A stretch of DNA of 64,000 bases from Octopus bimaculoides (lineage: Eukaryota), in contig NC_068985.1 in assembly GCF_001194135.2 (NCBI RefSeq), positions 39,032,812 through 39,096,811 of the forward strand, given 5' to 3'. Shown here piece after piece: positions 51,692 through 63,483 of the stretch (the first letter of the stretch is position 1; every line of letters begins with the position of its first letter). The notes beneath the pieces were generated by a model. It was not told the DNA's origin. It saw only the letters and a program-made list of their open reading frames with translations, and did not search any database. A program made the translations under genes and the position numbers.

Positions 51692-54600
51692 ATATATATA
51701 TATATANNNNNNNNNNNNNNNNNNNNNNNNNNNNNNNNNNNNNNNNNNNNNNNNNNNNNNNNNNNNNNNNNNNNNNNNNNNNNNNNNNNNNNNNNNNNNN
51801 NNNNNNNNNNNNNNNNNNNNNNNNNNNNNNNNNNNNNNNNNNNNNNNNNNNNNNNNNNNNNNNNNNNNNNNNNNNNNNNNNNNNNNNNNNNNNNNNNNNN
51901 NNNNNNNNNNNNNNNNNNNNNNNNNNNNNNNNNNNNNNNNNNNNNNNNNNNNNNNNNNNNNNNNNNNNNNNNNNNNNNNNNNNNNNNNNNNNNNNNNNNN
52001 NNNNNNNNNNNNNNNNNNNNNNNNNNNNNNNNNNNNNNNNNNNNNNNNNNNNNNNNNNNNNNNNNNNNNNNNNNNNNNNNNNNNNNNNNNNNNNNNNNNN
52101 NNNNNNNNNNNNNNNNNNNNNNNNNNNNNNNNNNNNNNNNNNNNNNNNNNNNNNNNNNNNNNNNNNNNNNNNNNNNNNNNNNNNNNNNNNNNNNNNNNNN
52201 NNNNNNNNNNNNNNNNNNNNNNNNNNNNNNNNNNNNNNNNNNNNNNNNNNNNNNNNNNNNNNNNNNNNNNNNNNNNNNNNNNNNNNNNNNNNNNNNNNNN
52301 NNNNNNNNNNNNNNNNNNNNNNNNNNNNNNNNNNNNNNNNNNNNNNNNNNNNNNNNNNNNNNNNNNNNNNNNNNNNNNNNNNNNNNNNNNNNNNNNNNNN
52401 NNNNATGAAATATCTTTTTTTCTTTTCCCATAGGGGTCATTGTCTCTGTTGTCTTTACTCTCCCCAGTATACCGCCTTCTGTCCCGTCGCGTCGTGTCAA
52501 CAGTGAGGTGAAGAGCTGAAAATTTGGATAAGGGAAATTAAGTCAAACCTTTAACAAATACTCTCGGGTGTGTAGTGTTTGTAATTCGCATTGCAACGGA
52601 CTGAACGGTTGAGAATTCGTAATGGTTTGGTTTCACCTGTTTCAGACCGTATGACTAGAGATTCACCTGCCTGAGATGGATCGGCCTATCCTGGGTGAAC
52701 GCTAACACAAGTACAAGAAACTTCTATAAATGACATTGCAAAAAACATTGCTTCTCTTCACTTTCGGTTTTATGTATGATATTTCTTTAGTCAAGTTTTA
52801 TACAGCAAATTATCATGTTAATGAGGGTATAAGTAGGTATATCCATTGCGTCCCCGCCGCAAGTGGTAAGATATGCAATTAGTATACTGTCATCTACATT
52901 ATGATGACGGTATATGAATTAGATATTGAGAAAATTCATTAATTGCGAGTTCATTCAATTTTAGGTTGTTACCATGGGATCATATATTCCATGTGGAATA
53001 ACTTTTGTGCTGTGACAACAAAAAGAGGTCAGACGCACTGAATACATAGGTCGCTGAAAACATATGAAATTTCTACTACACAAGAATAATTTAAAATAAA
53101 ATTTTATCATTGTTAACATTTTATCGGTGACGAATGCGTTGCCCACGAAATCACAGAGATTGAAGAAGCTGAAGAAGAGAATGACGATGATAGCAAGAAA
53201 CTAAAGAGTAAATGAAATAAAATTATAGATACAAGACACCAGAATTTCATTTTATCCATCATTATAGATTTTTGATGCGCAGTGGCGTGAAATTACGACA
53301 AACAGGAATCGAAAATGATTCACGAACTCAACCTGACGGAAGTTCGGTTATACTCAGCAGCGCTCAGTGGAAAGAAATGGATATTATTACTTTAAATTTC
53401 TGTTCAAAATCCCTATGTAGGTCGAATGTTTCTTTTCTACGAATGTTGTTAAAAATAAACTCCAGTAATATGATTGTGATTGATTCTATCAACAACTGTA
53501 CATATTTTCTTCATTGCAGAATCTAATATTACAATCCAAAAAATCACATATTTTGACAAGATATACTTGATAGTTGAGGTCAGAAGGGAAACGAATTGTG
53601 TACATTATAGCATTCAAATTTGCCAACATTATTCTTCATATACAAATCTTTTTGAGGTCGACATTGCAGTGCAAGCTATTCAACTGAATATACTTGTTGT
53701 CATTACAAGAATGTTTTCCACAAAAGGATGAAGAAAATATTATTCTTATTATTGAGGCTGTTATTATTTACTTTCACATTTCTACCATTCATTTTTCTCT
53801 CATAGATCGAAGTTACTGATGCAGTTATAGTTGTAGTCACCATTACCTTCTAGTCATCCCCCACACACACACACACACACATTCATTTTTACCTTATATT
53901 TATTTTTATATTTATCATTTCTTTCTTTTTCCCCTTCTTTGACATTTTATTCGATCACATCATATTAGCTTTCATTTTGAATACCTTAGATTTTTCCTTT
54001 TTCATTTCCAGTTTGATTTCCTGTTCTTCTATCGCATTTTTTTTCCTCTCAGCCATTCCTATCACTTTTATCTGTTGCCTGTCTATCTGTTTGTCTCTGT
54101 CTGTCGTGTTCTCTCTCTCCCTCTCCCTCTTTCTTTCTCTTTTTTTCTTCTTTCTCTTCCACATGTTCTTTTAAAGAAGACCGACATAAGCCATGTTTAA
54201 TTCACATAATGTTAACTTACACACGTTCTGCATGTATGTTGCATTAAAGATAGCAAGAAGGAAAAATACAGACAGAGACAGCTAGCCCGAAAGAGAAAGA
54301 AAGAGCAGACGAGAGAAAGAGAGTAAGAGAACTATAATGAGAAACAGAGAGTGAAAGAGGATACAAGCTTAGTACGGGGAGGGGCAGACAAAGATTAGCT
54401 AAACAAGCAGAGGTCGGACAGACCCACAACAGGGATGCATCGATAAAGATGGAGTGCTGTCTAACGCTGTTAAAACATGCTGACACATGCGCAAGTCCAC
54501 ATTTAGATACATAAGCACAAACACGTGCAGAAACACACATACATATATGTATGTACACAAGTAGACAGCACATAACGATAGTGAACGACAACGCTTTGTC

Positions 54601-55426
54601 AGATTCCGTTGTGAGTTGTCACTTGTTGGATAGATGAGATAATGGAGATTCACTCACTTCATAATCTCTAGTCGCAAACCAAGCAATCATGCTCTTCCAC
54701 CACTAAGAATTACCGACAGATTATAAGAATGTGCTTGAGAAAGAGAGACGGAGAGAATGAGGGAGAGAGAGAGAGTTTTAGACCGAGAGAGGGAGAGAGC
54801 AAGAGAACGAAAGAGGGAGAGAAACTGTGTGAATAGATGCACACACACACACACACANNNNNNNNNNNNNNNNNNNNNNNNNNNNNNNNNNNNNNNNNNN
54901 NNNNNNNNNNNNNNNNNNNNNNNNNNNNNNNNNNNNNNNNNNNNNNNNNNNNNNNNNNNNNNNNNNNNNNNNNNNNNNNNNNNNNNNNNNNNNNNNNNNN
55001 NNNNNNNNNNNNNNNNNNNNNNNNNNNNNNNNNNNNNNNNNNNNNNNNNNNNNNNNNNNNNNNNNNNNNNNNNNNNNNNNNNNNNNNNNNNNNNNNNNNN
55101 NNNNNNNNNNNNNNNNNNNNNNNNNNNNNNNNNNNNNNNNNNNNNNNNNNNNNNNNNNNNNNNNNNNNNNNNNNNNNNNNNNNNNNNNNNNNNNNNNNNN
55201 NNNNNNNNNNNNNNNNNNNNNNNNNNNNNNNNNNNNNNNNNNNNNNNNNNNNNNNNNNNNNNNNNNNNNNNNNNNNNNNNNNNNNNNNNNNNNNNNNNNN
55301 NNNNNNNNNNNNNNNNNNNNNNNNNNNNNNNNNNNNNNNNNNNNNNNNNNNNNNNNNNNNNNNNNNNNNNNNNNNNNNNNNNNNNNNNNNNNNNNNNNNN
55401 NNNNNNNNNNNNNNNNNNNNNNNNNN

Positions 55427-55490
<64 letters not shown>

Positions 55491-55733
55491 GCAGTTCGCT
55501 TGTAGAATAGTAATATTGAAGAAGGTAAAAAGAGGGAAAAATAGAAATCTTCTGACAGTGCAAAATGTTAGTAAAACCTTTATATTTCAGGCACAAAGCC
55601 CCACCTTCAGAAAAAAAGAAGTCTGTGAAAAGTCCAAGTTTCTCTCTTTTTACCTTCTATATATATCTGATATCCATAAAATTGATGTTTTGTATGTGAG
55701 TTTGTGTGTGTGTAAGTGTGTGTATGTGTGTGT

Positions 55734-55768
<35 letters not shown>

Positions 55769-55978
55769 GCGCGTGTGTACAAAAATTTAATGTACCTCAA
55801 TAACTTTCATCTGATTGCTTTAAATTCTTATGCACAGCTGCTTCATATCACAGACCCCGAACATAGGCTACTTAGATTTTAAAAATATCGCTATTGGGGA
55901 CTCTAGAGCGATAGAAAACCAACAATAGATGATTCCTATTCACTTGTATTAATCCGCTGTTTTATAATCTGTAGTGTG

Positions 55979-56336
55979 TTCCATACTTTTTTAATCTTTT
56001 TATAAATGTGAAAGAATTTGGTCTGTTTATTTATTTCCACTGTCCACCAGCGACGGTGATTAAACTGACTAGAAACAGTGAATGCATACATTGCCATAAT
56101 TTTCAATTGATTTCCACCAAACTTTACACACACATTACTCATTTCCCAAGGATGGGCATGCATTAAACATCTTGCCCAGAGCTCCTGCGTAAATGGACCC
56201 AAATGGACACTGTTTTGTTTTTGTATGTCGGGTCTTCCATACTTTTTTAATCTTTATATAAAAGTGAAAGGATTTTGTTTATTTATTTCGACTGTCCACC
56301 TGCCATGTTGATTAAATTGACTTGGAACACTGTACG
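55979..56336. repeat. Two ~105-bp direct repeats at 256-bp spacing, Helentron-like internal tandem repeat
   Basis: TTCCATACTTTTTTAATCTTT..TTTATTTATTTC.ACTGTCCACC.GC...G.TGATTAAA.TGACT at 55979 and 56235; the spacer contains CCATAATTTTCAATTGATTTCCACCAAACTTTACACACAC. Confidence 0.6.
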
Positions 56337-56751
56337 CGATGAATATCCAATACCAAACAATATTAATCTCCATATTTCAGCTGCATTAAACTTTGGCAAG
56401 CTTACCTTTACCTATACTGAGTTACTTGAAGGGTGATGTTTCCTTTCCACTCTTCTATTTGTCGATACCTTTATTTACCTACCAATGCGTTGTTTCACTT
56501 TAAGGATGCTTATTCACCCATCCATTGTGATATTTTGACAGTTGTCCGTTGTTTCAAATACGTTTTAGCATTGTCATTTTAGCTTTTTTTAAATATTCCC
56601 GTATGATTCGTCCCAAAGAATCAACCTTTAAATAAGAGTTTTACTTCCACTAGTAAAAGCTATACGTATCTTTCAGAAAACTTCATACCAATTTTGCTTA
56701 TAGTTTATGCGCAGGCTATGTGGGAAGACAGAATAAAGGAGCTCTTGTTAG

Positions 56752-56809
56752 CTTATCTCTCCGAAAAAAATAACTCCTTTTGCTGATGAAATAATTAAAC
56801 TCGCAGAGG
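56752..56809 (+). CDS. Candidate exon LISPKKITPFADEIIKLAE(G), phase 0 to 1
   Basis: Consensus donor G|GTAAGT at 56810; acceptor CTCTTGTTAG is weak. An alternative acceptor at 56703 gives a 105-nt exon only if the A7 run has one base fewer. Confidence 0.25.
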
Positions 56810-57217
56810 GTAAGTTTCAACGTCTTCCTTCAATTTCATTACACCATTTATGTGGCTGTTTCTGACAAGAAATTTCGCTTTCAAGTAAAGCAACTATCTT
56901 TTGTAGTCATTATTCGTAATCTACTCCCAAAACACTTCAGTAGTTCTACTTCGCATCGCTTGCAAACTTATATGTTTTATGATTACTAAAGTGCAACGAC
57001 CTTCACAATAACCAGCCTTCAATTTGGTTTTCCATTCCTAGGTTAATCGGAAGCATAGATTGCCGTGCTACTCATAAACCATTTCGGTAGTTCAATTATT
57101 TAGTGAAAAACATACTACCAAAGCAAGTTAAACCGTCCAAATGACGGGTGCATTTGCTAGTATATATATNNNNNNNNNNNNNNNNNNNNNNNNNNNNNNN
57201 NNNNNNNNNNNNNNNNN

Positions 57218-57352
57218 TGTTTTTAAGGGGCTAGCTTTCTGAGTTGCATTTTCTCGCGTTCGGTAAAAATGTGTTTATTATGGTACTTTGGTCTTAGAGT
57301 CCCTCTTGCCGTGAGGTATTCTTATATGGTAATGCCCTTACATAAATAAATA
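57218..57352 (+). repeat. Unclassified dispersed repeat (copy of 3213-3350)
   Basis: Colinear shared blocks as described for 3213-3350. Confidence 0.55.
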
Positions 57353-57479
57353 CATTTGGGGAATGAATGATGGATTTTTTCCCCTATGAGGCTTTTTTCA
57401 CGCTAGCTACTTGAATTTATTATTATTGAATTTATTATTATTATTGAATTTATATATATATAAAATGTTCACCTTACCA

Positions 57480-58198
57480 CTACAGGATGCAGTGCTCGGT
57501 CACACCGTCATTCTGCTCACAGTGCCGATCACCTCTTCTCAGCCATCTAAATCACCTCTTCTTAGCCATTATGTTGTTGCTATTCTTCAGCACATTTTTG
57601 CAATGCCACAAACATATGCTTACTCAGGATACAATTTGTGAAACCATTCGGAGATAAAGGTTGTTGTCAACTTCTAATGGCGAACACTTCGTTCTCCACA
57701 CTATTTTGCGACTGTCCACCAACCCTTGCTATTTATTTGCTGCTGTTTCTTGTTGCGCAGTTAATTCTAATATGACTAGCTGCTCTCTGTTGCTTTGAAA
57801 ACCAAGATAATATCTGATCTTAACAAAGTCTGGATGATATGCGCTGTAAACATTAGCTGCTTCTCCAAGTCAGCTACCATCATCCAGTATGTGCTGCGGG
57901 AATTAATGAATTGGAGCTGTTACTGAGTCTTTTGGCTGACTCTCCCTGTCCTTCATAAAGGATATTTTTTTTCTGGCTATACTACTTGCATTTTTGCTGT
58001 CGTTAGTCTCCTTTTCGATTGCCTTAGCTTTAATATGTAGGGCCTGATCGTGTCTCCAGCGATACCGTTCTTCTCACAGCACCTTCGGGCAGATGCTTAA
58101 AATGAATTCAAGCATGCTGGTCTCATAACAAAGGGGTCAAGCGGGAATTTTCCCTAAACTCTGTGTGAAAAGATGAGACTGTCATGGGAAGATATATG
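57480..58198 (-). mobile_element. Decayed HERO-like (REL endonuclease) non-LTR retrotransposon, 3' part of ORF
   Basis: Hand translation of the minus strand across stops and frameshifts: PA*PLC..MLEFILSICPKVL*EERYRWRHDQAL..ISFMK..YWMMVADLEKQLMFTAHIIQTLLRSDIILV..QLVILELT..GLVDSRKIVWRTKCSPLEV..RWLRRGD. This matches the CCHC knuckle, RYxWRHD and PD..(D/E)xT restriction-like endonuclease region of HERO elements. Confidence 0.85.
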
Positions 58199-58218
58199 AA
58201 GAGAGGGAGAGAGAAAGT

Positions 58219-58380
58219 ATGAGAGAAAGAGAGAGAGAGAGAGAGACAGACAGAGAGAGAGAGAGACAGAGAGACAGAGAGACAGAGACACAGAGAGAGA
58301 CAGACAGAGAGACAGACAGAGAGACAGACAGAGAGACAGACAGAGAGACAGAGAGGGAGGGAGAAAGAAAGAGAGAGAGA
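58219..58380. repeat. (AG)n/(AGAC)n microsatellite
   Basis: Direct reading. Confidence 0.95.
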
Positions 58381-58876
58381 TATATATTAGCAGAAATGTT
58401 AGTAAAATGTTAGTATTTAAAAAGATCAGTAAAATATGGAAAACCTATATTATATATAATTTCTTTTTAAATGTGTAAAGTATTTTAGTAGAAATCGCGG
58501 TTTTCTTTTACAATACGATTACTTTTTTAAAACTAATGAAATTCTAGGGTCTTCATAACAGAGAATCTATCTCTACAATTTCACTCGCGACGCTTTCGTA
58601 GATAACGCTTGCTTAGAGTAGAGGAAGACGTTATTGGTATCCGAACTTGTTAAGGTTACTAACTATTTTTTGCCGACATACTTGGTATTTGACGTAAATA
58701 ACTGACAAAACGCACTACGTTGACACGACTGTAAAATCTTTAATATACTTGCAATATAGGTACTAAATAACCTACATATATTGCTGACAAAATGACACCA
58801 GTAAATATATTAACACATATTAGTAGGGTATTTGATTAATGACTTTATGGAGTACAACAACAACAATAATAATAGT

Positions 58877-59090
58877 CCTTCCTATTACAGGCACAATGCC
58901 TGAAATTTGGGAAGAAGGGGTCAAGTCGATTACATAGACACTAGTGTTTCACTGATACTTAATATATCGGCCCCGGAAGGGCTAAAGACGATGTCGACTT
59001 CGACGGAATTTGAAGTCAGAATGTAAAGATGAGCGAATTACCGCTAAGCATTTTTGGTCGACATTCTAACGATTCAACTAGTTCACCATC
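58877..59090 (-). mobile_element. SINE family A (A2 tail), copy 1 of tandem triplet
   Basis: Reverse-complement head, central domain and tail recognisable; diverged. Confidence 0.8.
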
Positions 59091-59107
59091 TTAACAAGAA
59101 TAATATT

Positions 59108-59311
59108 AATGGTTTCGAATTTTTAGCACAAGACCACCAATTTCGGGGGAGGGGAGAAGTCGATTACATCGACCTCAGTGCGTAACTGCTGCTTAGTTTA
59201 TCGACCCCCAAAAGGTTGGCAAAGTCATCCCTGGCAGCAAAGAACGTGATAACAGACGAAGTACCGCTAAACATTTCGGCCGCCAGCTTACGATTCTGCC
59301 AGCTCACCGCC
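59108..59311 (-). mobile_element. SINE family A (A3 tail), copy 2 of tandem triplet
   Basis: GATTCTGCCAGCTCACCGCC head; AAGTCGATTACATCGACCTCAGTGCGTAACTG. Confidence 0.82.
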
Positions 59312-59331
59312 TTAACAGCAACAATAATAAT

Positions 59332-59529
59332 TCTTTCTACTACAGACACATGGCTTGACACTTTTGGAGAGGGGATCAATCGATTATATCGACTGGTACT
59401 TAATTTATCGACCCCGAAAGGATGACTGGTAAAGTCGACCTGGGTGGAATTCAAACTCAGAACAAGCGACGGGCGAAATACCACTAAGCATTTCGGCCGG
59501 TATGCTAACGATTCTACCAGCTCGGCGCC
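59332..59529 (-). mobile_element. SINE family A (A2 tail), copy 3 of tandem triplet
   Basis: CTAACGATTCTACCAGCTCGGCGCC head; GGTACTTAATTTATCGACCCCGAAAGGATG. Confidence 0.85.
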
Positions 59530-60237
59530 TTAGCAACAACAACAACAATAATAATGAGAACATTGTTCGCATCTGATTCATCTTCAACGTCGTCATCTTC
59601 ATTGTTAATATATTTGCTTTTCATGATGTAATGATGAAGATTATGAATATATATATATATATAACGCTTGCTTAGAGTAAAATACACTTGCTGGCTTCCG
59701 GTATGCGGAATTCTTGACTGGTAGCACTTGCATGTGCAAGTTGTTTGCAAGACACATATACTTAATGATATCGAAGGGAAATGGAAATTAATAAAAATTT
59801 TCACTTCCAAAGACTATGAATTACTCATAAGGTACAGTGTATATTTAAATACATAAGAGGAATCCACTCATGGGTTTCCTTACGCTAGAAAGAACAGCTA
59901 GGTTCTAGACCCACAAAATTGGGGCTAAAGTCCCGAAAGGAATGAAATGGGAAAATAAACACTTTTACAATCTAGNNNNNNNNNNNNNNNNNNNNNNNNN
60001 NNNNNNNNNNNNNNNNNNNNNNNNNNNNNNNNNNNNNNNNNNNNNNNNNNNNNNNNNNNNNNNNNNNNNNNNNNNNNNNNNNNNNNNNNNNNNNNNNNNN
60101 NNNNNNNNNNNNNNNNNNNNNNNNNNNNNNNNNNNNNNNNNNNNNNNNNNNNNNNNNNNNNNNNNNNNNNNNNNNNNNNNNNNNNNNNNNNNNNNNNNNN
60201 NNNNNNNNNNNNNNNNNNNNNNNNNNNNATATATAAG

Positions 60238-60557
60238 GAGCATTCCGTCGTTTACGACGATGAGGGTCCCAACGGACACGATGAGCTGAACATCCTGCTC
60301 GTGAAATTAACATGCAAGTGGTTGAGTATTCCACAGACACATGTACCGTTAGTTCTGAGGGAGATTCAGCGTGACACACAGTGTGACAAGGCTGGCCCTT
60401 TGAAATACAAGTGCTACTCATTTTTGCTAGCTGAGTGGACAGGAGCAACAGGAAAATTAAATATGTCTTGCGCAAGGACACAACGCGTCGCCGGAAATTG
60501 AACCCACGATCTTACGATCGTGAGACGATTATCCCAATCACTGAGCCACGCGTCTTC
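60238..60557 (-). mobile_element. SINE family C, full length
   Basis: Reverse complement: GAAGACGCGTGGCTCAGTGATT head, GTGGGTTCAATTTCCGG, TTGTGTCCTTGCGCAAGACA, body, tail GGGACCCTCATCGTCGTAAACGACGGAATGC. Confidence 0.9.
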
Positions 60558-61039
60558 ACACACACATACATATATCTATCTCTCTCTCTCTATATATATA
60601 TGTATATATACACCGACACACACATTTGTATGTACGTATCTATGTATGTATGAATGCATGTATGGATGTCATTTGTTCTTTTTATTTGTTATCTCCGTCA
60701 GCACTAGTAGTAGCCTTGTAAGTAACAATTATATTATCCATTTATCCATTTGACAACATTGTCATCGTAATAACCATACAAGATATAACGTTCGTCTCCC
60801 GTCTTCTTTTTTCCACCCGTTTTACTCCAGTCACGAATCGCCCCTGCTTTTCTCTGACTCCCCTCAGTGTGCTTCAACACACGTACATTCCAGATAAGTT
60901 CTCAAGTAGCAAAAAAAAAAAAAAAAGTAAAAGAAAAGCCAAAACGAAATGACAGAAGAGAAGAAAATGGAAAAAAATAAATATGATGAAAAAAGATAGC
61001 AATAATCTAAAACAGTTGTCATTTTGCAAACCCCTTCAA

Positions 61040-61103
61040 CATCACCACCACTAACAACCCCCCACCACCACTACCACGATCACCACCACATTATCATCAT
61101 CAC

Positions 61104-61142
<39 letters not shown>

Positions 61143-61160
61143 ATTCATCATCACCGCCGT
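61040..61160. repeat. (CAC)n/(CAT)n microsatellite
   Basis: Direct reading. Confidence 0.9.
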
Positions 61161-61467
61161 CATTGTCATTTCTTATAATATCTTTATTATTCTTATTGTC
61201 GCTGTTGCTCTTGAATTCTTTTGTAGGTTTTCTTCTTTTTATCTTCTTTATTTTTATTATCAATTCTGTTGTCGAGTTTTTTTCTTTTTTTGTGTAGTTT
61301 TGTTTCTTTTAGCATTGGATGTCTCCATAACGTCAAGTAGACCGATCAATTATCTACTGCCGTCTTACAGACACCATGATGAGATTTGAACTCAGATTTT
61401 CGTCTGTTAGGGTTAAGTGGATGCTGTTAGTACTGAGACGTCGGCTTTGAAATATATTTCACCAGGA

Positions 61468-61699
61468 GGCGGCGAGCTGGCAGAAACGTTAGCATGCCGG
61501 ACGAAATGCTTAGCGGTATTTCGTCTGCCGTTACGTTCTGAGTTCAAATTCCACTGAGGTCGACTTTGCCTTTCATCCTTTCGAGGTCGATAAATTAAGT
61601 ACTAGTTACGCACTGGGGTTGACGTGATCGACTTAATCCCTTTGTGTGTCCTTGTTTTTCCCCTCTATGTTTAGCCCCTTGTGGGCAATAAAGAAATAA
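61468..61699 (+). mobile_element. SINE family A, tail A1 (left monomer of dimer)
   Basis: Full head, central domain and A1 tail. Confidence 0.95.
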
Positions 61700-61896
61700 G
61701 AAACGTTAGCACGCAGGGCGAAATGCTTAGCGTTATTTCGTCTGCCTATAGGTTCTGAGTTCAAATTCCGTCGAGGTTGACTTTGCCTTTCATCCTTTCA
61801 GGGTCGATAAATTAAGAACCAGTTGCGTACTGGGGTTGATCTAATCGGTTGTCCCCCTCCCCCAACATTTCGGGCCTTGTGCCTGGAGAAGAAAAG
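61700..61896 (+). mobile_element. SINE family A, tail A2 (right monomer of dimer)
   Basis: Starts at GAAACGTTAGCACG directly after the A1 tail; ends CCCCTCCCCCAACATTTCGGGCCTTGTGCCTGGAGAAGAAAAG. Confidence 0.92.
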
Positions 61897-62469
61897 AATA
61901 TATTTCCCCAGGAAAATGCAAAAGGAAAAAACATTTTGCTACAAAGGAATAAAAAAGCCCTACCTCTATGATGAAGCAACTTCAGGGTAGTGTGGGGATT
62001 GCATGAGTGTTGAATATTGAAATATCTAGCGAGATATGGTGTTAGTAGCGGTGGTGGTGGAAGTTGTGATGGTCGTTCTGTGGTGGTTATGGTAGCAGTA
62101 GGAAATCCTTCAAGAAAACTTGCAGGGTTTTATATATCTATTATGTCATCTACTTTTGTCTTATCTCAGAACTGTAAGCCGAATGGTATGTATGGAAGGG
62201 GAATGGAGTTTACTTAACACGTCCGCAGTTATATCACCTCTCCCCCCGACGCACACACACACGAACATGAATACATATACGTCTGTTATGCACACTCACA
62301 CACCCGTATATGCATACGAGTACACACATGCGTCATACATTGTGTACATACATTCAACGTTGGCATATAAAAGACCTAGTAAAATATACATGCATGCATG
62401 CTTATGTGCGAGCATGGGCATTATTACATATGTGTATCTACAAGTTTTCATGTGTCTATGCATACGCAG

Positions 62470-62474
62470 ACACA

Positions 62475-62532
<58 letters not shown>

Positions 62533-62572
62533 CACACACAAACACAAACATACACATACACACACAATAACA
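62470..62572. repeat. (CA)n microsatellite
   Basis: Direct reading. Confidence 0.95.
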
Positions 62573-62585
62573 CACATTTTTGTCT

Positions 62586-62844
62586 TCTTTTGCTTGTTTC
62601 AGTCACTAGATTGCGGCCATGCATGGGCAACGACTTCAATTTTAATCGAACGACCCGACCCCGCTACTTAGTATTTTTGTTTGAGCGTGGTACTTATTCT
62701 CTCGGTTGTCTATGCCGAACCGCTAAGTTATGAGAATGTAAATGCGCAAAACTAACTTACGGGAGCGTAAATGACACGCTTTCGAACTGAACCTAGAACT
62801 ATGAGGTTGGAAACCAAGTGCGTTACCACACGCCCAGCTTGCGC
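62586..62844 (-). mobile_element. SINE family B variant, internally deleted
   Basis: CTTTTGCTTGTTTCAGTCA..TGCGGCCATGC tail, GGTACTTATTCT.TCGG..GCCGAACCGCTAAGTTA body, GAACTGAACC...TTACCACAC head; the CORE/microsatellite part is largely missing. Confidence 0.75.
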
Positions 62845-63483
62845 GTATATATATGTATGTACATGGTATGTGTGCGTGTGTGTTTGTGTTTGCGTATGTG
62901 TGAGTATGTATGTAGGCGTGTGTACATACATATATACACACTTGTTATTACAAGCTAAGTACCTCGGCTGTTTTATATATTTTCATAGTTTCATTAAAAG
63001 CTTGTTAGTATAATATCCTAAATATCCATGTTCTTTCTGGGATAAGAAATTCTGTAGGTAGATACATATCCAAGAGAACAAAGAATCAAATTTTTAAATC
63101 TAAAGTTTTAGTCTAGATATTTCATTTGTAGAATTCTCTGTGATTCTTAACAGACTCTTTTTTCACTCGTGTATCATATCATGATGACATCTACTGGACA
63201 ACCTATTTCCACAACTCTGCACACATTGTTCTCCTCAGATAATTATATTTGATCTTTTATATTTACATTTTGATAACTTCATGAGTAGGACAGGTTTACT
63301 CGTATAGTTTCACGTTATGAATACATATGACTTGATCAACGGCAACTTGTATCTTTATATATCTTCAAGACTATTGTTTCTACAGAGTGCGATGTCTAAC
63401 TTTGACCACATCCTGCTTCATACGTCAATAATATCGGGACTATCTTTTCAGACAAAGGATATTAATCGGGGTGGAAATAGAGG

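Noticed and set aside
56704-56809. Resemblance of EDRIKELLLAYLSEKITPFAD to the MAST kinase pre-kinase region
   Set aside because: It needs a frameshift in an A7 run and lacks the highly conserved RFPKA.AQME motif; no gene name assigned.
58877-59529. Regularly spaced repeats that might suggest a CRISPR-like array
   Set aside because: The units are ~210-bp diverged eukaryotic SINEs with microsatellite linkers; there are no short identical repeats, unique spacers or cas genes.
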